Shown: positions 57,859 to 64,000 of the stretch, piece after piece | How the letters are laid out: each line of letters starts with the position of its first letter | Numbering within the stretch: the first letter of the stretch is position 1 | From: Candidatus Anstonellales archaeon | Lineage (GTDB): Archaea; Micrarchaeota; Micrarchaeia; Anstonellales; J096 | Assembly: GCA_038890615.1 (NCBI GenBank) | Contig: JAWAFI010000002.1 | Location: 17,488 to 81,487 of the forward strand | Length of the DNA stretch: 64,000 nucleotides | Reading direction: 5' to 3' | Translations under genes and position numbers: made by a program | Notes under the pieces: model-generated | Seen by the model: the letters and a program-made list of their open reading frames with translations, nothing else | What the model was told of the DNA's origin: nothing | Database searches by the model: none

Positions 57859-58558
57859 AGGCGCTTTCGTAGACAGCCGCACCTCTACAGGCGCAATAGC
57901 AGACCTTCATATAGGTTATGAGCACGGCGCAGGGGCCCTTATGCTGCGCTCCCAAACTTATGACATGCTTAAGAAAGCAAAATCCCTTATTCTCAGGCAT
58001 TCGCTCAGGCGCCTTGTCCTTTTAGGGGACATAAAGCACGGCTTCTCAATGAAGTCAGAGCAAGAAAGGAGCGAGCTGAAGCTTTTCCTATCCTCCTTGT
58101 CATCCATTGCAGAAGTAATAATAACTATGGGCAACCACGACAGCGGGATTAAGCAATTTGCCTCTTCGTATGCTGAGCTTGTTGATTTTTTTGATGATGG
58201 CAAAAACATTTACTACCATGGCCATCTGTCTGTAGATGCGCCTTCTTCCAGGCTGCGCGTGCTTGGAAACGAGCACCCTGCCCTTAAACTCAGGGACGAG
58301 GTTGGGGCGCTATATTCCTACCCAGCCTTCCTTTTATTCCGCAAAAGGAAAGTTCTTGTGCTCCCAACCTTCAACCCATGGGCATATGGCACTAATGTGC
58401 TTGCTATTCAAAAAGGCGCCTTCCTCTCCCCGGATTTGAAGGCCCTTGACCCTGAAGAAGCAGAGGTCTATGTTATTTCCGAGGGAGTAATATTTTTTAA
58501 AACCATCAGGGAAATAAAGGAGTATGTGGGAAAAGAGGATTCCTGTAAAAGAAGCTAA
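57827..58558 (+). CDS. Metallophosphoesterase (MPE/ICC-like, Lhr-associated)
   Basis: ADLHIG, LGD, GNHD, HGH, GNEHP, LP.F; start ATG 57827 after GAAGGTG. Confidence 0.9.
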   Translation: MLGKGRELTPEGAFVDSRTSTGAIADLHIGYEHGAGALMLRSQTYDMLKKAKSLILRHSLRRLVLLGDIKHGFSMKSEQERSELKLFLSSLSSIAEVIITMGNHDSGIKQFASSYAELVDFFDDGKNIYYHGHLSVDAPSSRLRVLGNEHPALKLRDEVGALYSYPAFLLFRKRKVLVLPTFNPWAYGTNVLAIQKGAFLSPDLKALDPEEAEVYVISEGVIFFKTIREIKEYVGKEDSCKRS

Positions 58559-59795
58559 ATCGTTGCGGGGCCCCGTTGAGATTGCAGGATGGGCGCATGA
58601 GGTTAGAAGCATAGGCAAGCTTAAGTTCATAATACTAAGGGACAGCACCGGAAAAGTGCAGGTTATGCTTAAGCAGGGCATAGTGCCTGATGAGCTGCTC
58701 AGCCTCCACATTAACAAGGAGGACTTCCTTTATGTAAAAGGCCAGGTTGTTGACAGCAAGTTTGCCCAAGACGGGGTTGAGGTAATCCCTCATTCAATTG
58801 AGATTTTGGGAAAGGTAGGGAAAAAGCTCCCTGTTGACCCTGCAGGGGTTGTTGAAAGCGACTTTGACACACGCCTCAACTACCGCTACATTGACCTGCG
58901 GAGGAAGGAGGTTTCTGATGTTTTCCGCATAAAGTCAATAGTTTCCAACGCTTTCAGGAGCTTTGCAGTGCAGAATGGCTTTGTTGAGATTCATACTCCT
59001 TCCTTGGTTGGAGCTGCAACGGAGGGAGGAGCAGACCTGTTTGAGGTGGAATATTTTGAGCGGAAGGCATACCTTGCCCAATCTCCGCAGCTCTACAAAG
59101 AGATGGCCGTCCTTGGGGGGTTGGAGAAAGTTTTCATGCAAGTGCCTGTATTCAGGGCTGAAAAGCACAACACCGTTACCCACTTGAATGAAATAATACA
59201 GATGGATGTAGAGATGGCACTGGTTGACTGCATAGGCGCAATGGATTGGCTTGAGAAGTTCTTCCTGCATATCTGCAAAGAAGCAGTTTCATCTCCTGTT
59301 GGAGAGGAGTACAGCCTTGCTGCTCCAAAGAAAGTTATGCGCTTAACCTATTCAGAGATAGTTGACAGGCTAAACTCAGAAGGCGCCTCTATCGAGTGGG
59401 GAAGGGACTTTACGAAGGAGGAGGAAAAGAAGATCGCAGAGATTGTTGGGCGCGATGCATTTTTCATATATGAATGGCCAACAGAGGTAAGGGCGTTCTA
59501 CTCAATGCCCAAGGACGACAGAGTTTGCAATGCGTTCGACCTGATCTACAAAGGCCTTGAAATAAGCAGCGGAGCCCAAAGAATCCATGTGCCTGAGCTC
59601 TTGGAAGCCCAGCTTTCAAAAAGGGGGCTTAACCCGCAAGACTTCTCGTTTTTCATAGATGCATTCTATTATGGGGCCCCACCCCACTCGGGCTGGAGCA
59701 TAGGGCTTGAGAGGCTTGTGATGAAGCTAATGAATCTTCCAAACATAAGGGATGCAATGCTTTTCCCACGCGATAGGATGAGGCTGCACCCATAA
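58524..59795 (+). CDS. aspS: Aspartate--tRNA ligase (archaeal type, possibly non-discriminating)
   Basis: GWAHEVR, EGGA, LAQSPQLYK, FRAE, SGAQR, PPH.G..IGLER, FPRD. Confidence 0.95.
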   Translation: MWEKRIPVKEAKSLRGPVEIAGWAHEVRSIGKLKFIILRDSTGKVQVMLKQGIVPDELLSLHINKEDFLYVKGQVVDSKFAQDGVEVIPHSIEILGKVGKKLPVDPAGVVESDFDTRLNYRYIDLRRKEVSDVFRIKSIVSNAFRSFAVQNGFVEIHTPSLVGAATEGGADLFEVEYFERKAYLAQSPQLYKEMAVLGGLEKVFMQVPVFRAEKHNTVTHLNEIIQMDVEMALVDCIGAMDWLEKFFLHICKEAVSSPVGEEYSLAAPKKVMRLTYSEIVDRLNSEGASIEWGRDFTKEEEKKIAEIVGRDAFFIYEWPTEVRAFYSMPKDDRVCNAFDLIYKGLEISSGAQRIHVPELLEAQLSKRGLNPQDFSFFIDAFYYGAPPHSGWSIGLERLVMKLMNLPNIRDAMLFPRDRMRLHP

Positions 59796-60943
59796 TGCCA
59801 AGCCCCTCCACTTTTTTTGTCCATGAGATCTCTGAAACGGGCAGGATTGCAGGCATTGACAATTTCTCTGGGGGCGCAGGGCCGTATACTCGCTTCGTGC
59901 TTAAAAAAAGCTTATGGGCAACGCCTGATGCAATAAGGGTCATTTCAAAAGCCCTGAGGGTGGGGGCAAGCAGGTTTGGCTATGCGGGCAACAAGGACAG
60001 GAACGCAACAACCTTCCAGCTTGTAAGCGCCTACAAAATCCCTGCTTCTTCGCTTTCTGCATTAAGTATAAAAGATATTTCATTAAGCGATTTCCATCTA
60101 TCTGAATCCCCTGTAAGGATTGGAGCCCTTCTTGGCAACCGGTTTAAGGCAACTTTGCCCATTCCTGACGAAATAGTTGTTGGAAGGGCATCGCTTGTAG
60201 CCGAAATTCCAAACTTTTTTGGGGAGCAGAGGTTTGGCAACGTGCGAAGGAACACTGCAAAGGTGGGTTACCTCATCCTGAAAGGCCTTTTCCGCGATGC
60301 AGTGATGGAGATCCTAACATCCATTAAAGGGGAGAAGCACAAGGAAGCAATTGAAGCACGCAAAAGGCTAAGCGAAGAGCTTAACTTCTCGTCTGCGCTT
60401 GAGTATTTCCCAAGGCACCTAAAGTTAGAGCGCCTTATCCTATCCTCCCTTGCAGAGCATGAGCGCGACTTCATAAACGCGTTCAGGAGGCTGCCTATCC
60501 ATGTGCGCACTCTCTTTGTCCATGCATTCCAATCATACTTATTCAACCTTGAGCTAAAGGAAAGGATTGAGGAGGGGCCTCTTGAGCAGGAGCAGGGCGA
60601 ATACTTTTGTGCTTCAAATTCCTACGGCTTCCCTGACATAGGTTCAAAAGGCGACCAATGGTTTGTTGGAAAGCTTATAGGATATGAGTCAGTGCTCAGC
60701 AAAAGGCAGGAAGAGCTTCTCTCCTCTTTTGGGCTTAAGAAAGAGGATTTCAAGGTAAGGCAGATGCCTGAGCTTTCTGCAAAAGGCTCTTTCAGGGCTC
60801 TTTTTGTGCCTGTACTTGATTTCAAGATGCCTATTGAATTCTCCCTTCCCAAAGGGGCCTATGCTACGGTATTCTTAAATTTCTTGGAGAGAAAGGAATT
60901 TCTCCCTTCAGAATTTTTTGAGCGCGATCTTCACGAGCTTTAA
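59795..60943 (+). CDS. truD: tRNA pseudouridine(13) synthase TruD
   Basis: GYAGNKDRNA.T.Q, L.GNRF, PNFFGEQRFG, AFQSYLFN, F.LPKG.YAT. Confidence 0.94.
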   Translation: MPSPSTFFVHEISETGRIAGIDNFSGGAGPYTRFVLKKSLWATPDAIRVISKALRVGASRFGYAGNKDRNATTFQLVSAYKIPASSLSALSIKDISLSDFHLSESPVRIGALLGNRFKATLPIPDEIVVGRASLVAEIPNFFGEQRFGNVRRNTAKVGYLILKGLFRDAVMEILTSIKGEKHKEAIEARKRLSEELNFSSALEYFPRHLKLERLILSSLAEHERDFINAFRRLPIHVRTLFVHAFQSYLFNLELKERIEEGPLEQEQGEYFCASNSYGFPDIGSKGDQWFVGKLIGYESVLSKRQEELLSSFGLKKEDFKVRQMPELSAKGSFRALFVPVLDFKMPIEFSLPKGAYATVFLNFLERKEFLPSEFFERDLHEL

Positions 60944-61639
60944 AAGCAGGTATATGTTCAGCAGGGAAATTCTTTTCAATCTCTCAACTATTGCCTTTCT
61001 GAACATATCATCATCGGTTTGCATTTGCTTGTTCTCTTCGCTTGACATCCCAAGCTCTTCTGCGTGTTCCTCCCTAATTTTCCTCAATAGGCCATAGGGC
61101 TTGTCTGCTTCTTCCAATGCCATTCCCTTCCTTTCCCTTATCTCTTCTACGATCCTGCCCAGCTCATTTTCCTGCGCCTTTCCAAGCTTCCTTTTTCTTA
61201 CCTTCAGCTTTGCAACCTGCTTTAGCCATTCAACCTCTGCCATTTCCTTTCCATCAACTATGAACTCGCATTCTGCTATATAGCTCTGCAAAGCGCTGTC
61301 CTTTGCCCTTGCCCTAAAAAGCGGGTTCATGAGGTAAAGGTAAACAGGGAGAAGGGATCTTTCAGCGATTGCCTCTTCCACTGCCCTTTCAGCGCATCCG
61401 CTGTAATTAACAGAAACAAGCACTTGCTTATTCCCATTCGGCTCTTTCCTCAAGTTATAATCATGCCTTCCTGCGCAATTGTCTAACCAAAGGAGCTCAG
61501 CATAACTTTCTTTATTAATATGTTCAGCAACTATATTCATGCTTGCGGTGTAATTCCTGAAAATTGTGCTGTCTAGCAGTGGTATAAGGAAATAGGGCGC
61601 TTTCCTGAGCTTTGCTGCTTTTAGTTCTGCCATAGCCAT
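60908..61639 (-). CDS. Hypothetical protein
   Basis: Long ORF with ATG after GTAGGAG; no recognised motif. Confidence 0.55.
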   Translation of the reverse strand: MAMAELKAAKLRKAPYFLIPLLDSTIFRNYTASMNIVAEHINKESYAELLWLDNCAGRHDYNLRKEPNGNKQVLVSVNYSGCAERAVEEAIAERSLLPVYLYLMNPLFRARAKDSALQSYIAECEFIVDGKEMAEVEWLKQVAKLKVRKRKLGKAQENELGRIVEEIRERKGMALEEADKPYGLLRKIREEHAEELGMSSEENKQMQTDDDMFRKAIVERLKRISLLNIYLLLKLVKIALKKF

Positions 61640-61707
61640 TCTCCTACGGGATAAAATGAATTGCAAAGAGTAGATTTAAAAGATATTTGGTTATCTATTT
61701 CTTTTGT

Positions 61708-61749
61708 GGGAGGTGTGATGGAGCCCCTTGGGGTGTACCATCCCCTCTT
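61708..61749 (+). other. GC-rich intergenic hairpin (candidate sRNA or leader)
   Basis: GGGAGG-TGT-GATGG-A-GCCCC-TT-GGGGT-GTA-CCATC-C-CCTCTT, ~25 nt downstream of ATTTAAAA. Confidence 0.45.
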
Positions 61750-61765
61750 AACCTTAAGTGGTCTT

Positions 61766-62017
61766 ATGATTCTTTCTGTGAAGGTTAGGGCAGGTGCAAG
61801 CAAGGATGCTGTTGAAGACAATGATCCCCTTACCATATATGTAAAGGAAAAGGCTGAAAACAACAAGGCAAACGTAGCAGTGGTCAAGCTGCTTGCAGAG
61901 CACTTTTCAGTGCCTTCTTCATCAATAAGGATAGTGAAAGGCCATGCCTCATCAAGAAAAGTAATTGAGATTACCTCTTCTTCTTTTCAGCGATTGAAAG
62001 GATTAAAACCCCAATAA
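61766..62017 (+). CDS. DUF167/YggU family protein
   Basis: VKVRAGAS, KAN..VVKLLAEHFSV..S.I.IVKG.SS.K; start refined to ATG 61766. Confidence 0.85.
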   Translation: MILSVKVRAGASKDAVEDNDPLTIYVKEKAENNKANVAVVKLLAEHFSVPSSSIRIVKGHASSRKVIEITSSSFQRLKGLKPQ

Positions 62018-62402
62018 TCGTAATAAGTATCAAAACTGCAATGAAAAGCATCTCGCTTGAAACACCAGTGCCTTGCTCCTGCTTTCCGCTCAGGTCAGGC
62101 TCCTTGAAAGCGCTTGAGTAAAGCGTGACCTTTTTCATATCCTTTTCCCCTAAAACTGAAATCTCATAAAGCCCTTCCTCAACTGCTATAAAATCTTTTT
62201 TGTATGGAAGCGCTACAGAATCAAGATGCTCTACTGCTAACTGCGTTGTGCCTCTCTTGACTACCACAGTGAAGGATTCAGTTCCCTGGCCTCCAATAGT
62301 GTAAGTAATTATTCCATCTCTAGCGCTTGCGCTAAGGGTAAAGGGGTTCACGATACCTGATAGGAGCGAAACAGCCAAAATGCAGAGCAAAATTGCCTTC
62401 AT
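61971..62402 (-). CDS. Small secreted protein with C-terminal TM anchor
   Basis: Signal peptide MKAILLCILAVSLLSG, beta-rich core, C-terminal hydrophobic helix + KKKR. Confidence 0.65.
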   Translation of the reverse strand: MKAILLCILAVSLLSGIVNPFTLSASARDGIITYTIGGQGTESFTVVVKRGTTQLAVEHLDSVALPYKKDFIAVEEGLYEISVLGEKDMKKVTLYSSAFKEPDLSGKQEQGTGVSSEMLFIAVLILITIIGVLILSIAEKKKR

Positions 62403-62491
62403 GCTTTTTTATTGCCTACCTATTTTAAATCCCTTCTGTCTGCTTAAATCTTCCTTTTTTAGCTAAAAATAAAGTCCCGAGCAGTTTTGCC

Positions 62492-62944
62492 TCAACTTTT
62501 ATGGCTTCTTATTTTCTGATCTCTGACCCATATTACCGTAGCACCGCTGTTCAAAAGCGTAATTTTAATCTTTTCATTTTTATGCGAAAAAGCCCACCGC
62601 AATGCAGTATCTCCATTTTCGTCTTTGAAATTTAAATTTGCCCCTTTTAATATTAAGTCTATAATTTTCTCAATCGAGACGCCTACCTCCTTCTTGCATT
62701 CTTCCAATAATTCCTTGCCAAGCTTATTGGCAGCATCTTCCCCTATTTCCTTCCTCTTTTCCTTATTAATCCTCCTAAGCTCCTCAAAAGCCTCCTTATC
62801 CTCCTTCCCGCTCCTAACACTCTCCAAAACCCTCTTAATAACAAAATCCTCCCCCATCCTTTCCTCCTTTAAACCACTCCTCTCAATTCCTTTAGAAGAG
62901 CCCTTCTTTTCCTTCCCTTTCTTATCCTCTTTTTCAATTGCCAC
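62492..62944 (-). CDS. Short ankyrin protein (EDKEAFEEL family; about one repeat)
   Basis: GKEDKEAFEELRRINKE; GANLNFKDENGDTALRWA. Confidence 0.85.
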   Translation of the reverse strand: MAIEKEDKKGKEKKGSSKGIERSGLKEERMGEDFVIKRVLESVRSGKEDKEAFEELRRINKEKRKEIGEDAANKLGKELLEECKKEVGVSIEKIIDLILKGANLNFKDENGDTALRWAFSHKNEKIKITLLNSGATVIWVRDQKIRSHKS

Positions 62945-62979
62945 AATATCTTTTCTACCCTATTATTTTTAATCCTTGC

Positions 62980-63999
62980 TCAGCTTAACATCCTACTGAC
63001 AATTATGCCAACTTTCTTACTACATTCTCTCAACATAAACTCTAAAGCATCCCTCATTTCGTCCTCTCTTACCTTTTTACCTTTTTCCATTTTCTTAACC
63101 GTTCCATATGATCTTATGATCCCCCTTATGTATTCATTTCCTGCCAAATCATAAGCTGTCTTTCCATCATTATTTACAATAAAAGGATCAGCCTCTGCCT
63201 TCAGAAGCATCTCAACAATCCTCTCATGCCCCTTCTCAGCAGCCCACATCAGCGCCGTGCTTCCATCATTATCCTGCAAATCCACCTTAGCCCCTTTATC
63301 AATCAATTCCTTTGCCAACCCATCCAGCCCTCCATTAGCAGCATACATAAGTAGACTCTTTCCATCCTTTGAAACATACTTGGGGTCAACATTCGCCCCA
63401 GCCTTCCTAAGCATCTCAACAACCCTCTTATGCTCATACCAAGCAGCCCACATCAGCGCAGTCCTTCCATCATTATCCTGCAAATCCACCTTAGCCCCTG
63501 CCTTTATCAGCAGCTCAAGAATCTCCTCAGCCCCATTCACAGCAGCATACATCAGCGCAGTCTCTCCATTATTATTCTGCAAATCCAAATTAGCCCCTGC
63601 CTCTATCAGCATCTCAACAACCCCCTTATGCCCCCCATCATACAAAGTAGCCCACATCAGCGCCGTCCTTCCATCATTATCCTGCAAATCCAAATTAGCC
63701 CCTGCCTCTATCAGCAGCTTAAGAACTCTTTTTTGGTTACCATTAGCAGCCCGCATCAGCGCAGTCTTTCCATTATTATCCTGCAAATCCACCTTAGCCC
63801 CTGCCTTTATCAGCATCTCAACAACCCCCTCATGCCCTCTCTCAGCAGCCCACATCAGCGCAGTCTGTTTAAAAAAATTATCCTCCCCATTCAGCACATT
63901 CAGATCCGCCCCTTCTAAAACCATCTTTACAACCCTTTCTAAAGAAATCTTCTCTTTTTCCTTTCTGCATTCATCAATCAATTTCTTCCCAAGCCTTTC
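62980..63999 (-). CDS. Long ankyrin-repeat protein (EDKEAFEEL family), 5'-truncated by window
   Basis: Frame open to window edge (ERLGKKLIDEC..); seven TALM/SLLM repeats. Confidence 0.93.
   Translation of the reverse strand, partial: ERLGKKLIDECRKEKEKISLERVVKMVLEGADLNVLNGEDNFFKQTALMWAAERGHEGVVEMLIKAGAKVDLQDNNGKTALMRAANGNQKRVLKLLIEAGANLDLQDNDGRTALMWATLYDGGHKGVVEMLIEAGANLDLQNNNGETALMYAAVNGAEEILELLIKAGAKVDLQDNDGRTALMWAAWYEHKRVVEMLRKAGANVDPKYVSKDGKSLLMYAANGGLDGLAKELIDKGAKVDLQDNDGSTALMWAAEKGHERIVEMLLKAEADPFIVNNDGKTAYDLAGNEYIRGIIRSYGTVKKMEKGKKVREDEMRDALEFMLRECSKKVGIIVSRMLS
63241..63866. repeat. Near-identical ~99-nt ankyrin coding repeats
   Basis: 'catcagcgc' recurs at about 63247, 63451, 63550, 63655, 63754 and 63853; shared ...tgcaaatcc(acc|aaa)ttagcccctgcct(t|c)tatcagca framework. 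Confidence 0.9.
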
Positions 64000-64000
64000 A

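Noticed and set aside
61708..61749. Fluoride riboswitch, C/D or H/ACA guide RNA identity for the hairpin
   Set aside because: GATGGAG is present but the crcB P1/pseudoknot partners are not; no CUGA D box; no adequate pseudouridylation pocket.
63241..63866. CRISPR-like alternation of constant and variable segments
   Set aside because: The period is 99/105 nt, in frame, and encodes ankyrin repeats; no cas genes or leader.
63430..63918. Repetitive + strand ORF (PHQRSLSIIILQI)
   Set aside because: Antisense shadow of the ankyrin repeats.
62492..64000. Diversity-generating retroelement target
   Set aside because: No reverse transcriptase and no TR/VR pair with adenine-only differences was seen in the window.

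Overview
A very compact archaeal chromosomal segment. Gene content suggests a DPANN archaeon, probably Micrarchaeota-like (inference): gyrase plus topo VI, euryarchaeal-type PolB, tandem FtsZ, many ATGA-coupled or convergently overlapping genes, and TATA/BRE promoters. It is mostly housekeeping: gyrA 3' end, polB, rad50, beta-CASP nuclease, rpl10e, a split SUF cluster around an Lrp regulator, ogg/maf/nth, 2x ftsZ, a copper-resistance cluster, rpoL, DRG GTPase, pyrG, metG, top6B/A, tyrS, alba, lhr + metallophosphoesterase, aspS, truD, and four tRNAs (Pro, Leu, Phe, intron-containing Cys). The best candidate for an undescribed system is a dispersed, actively turning-over ankyrin-repeat family. 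Five genes and at least one unannotated pseudogene share a roughly 70-80 aa N-terminal 'EDKEAFEEL' module behind a Lys/Glu-rich leader. One member has near-identical repeat frameworks with variable binding-surface codons. Other highlights: a glutamine synthetase homologue that has lost essentially all metal ligands; a triple Xis/HTH_17 protein and a pseudokinase flanking polB; a 35-nt tract identical in both ftsZ paralogues; a Met-rich HMA-membrane protein with a membrane-anchored wHTH regulator and candidate operator; and two structured leader hairpins. All assignments come from reading motifs by eye; no searches were run. No CRISPR array, integrase, transposase or reverse transcriptase was seen.
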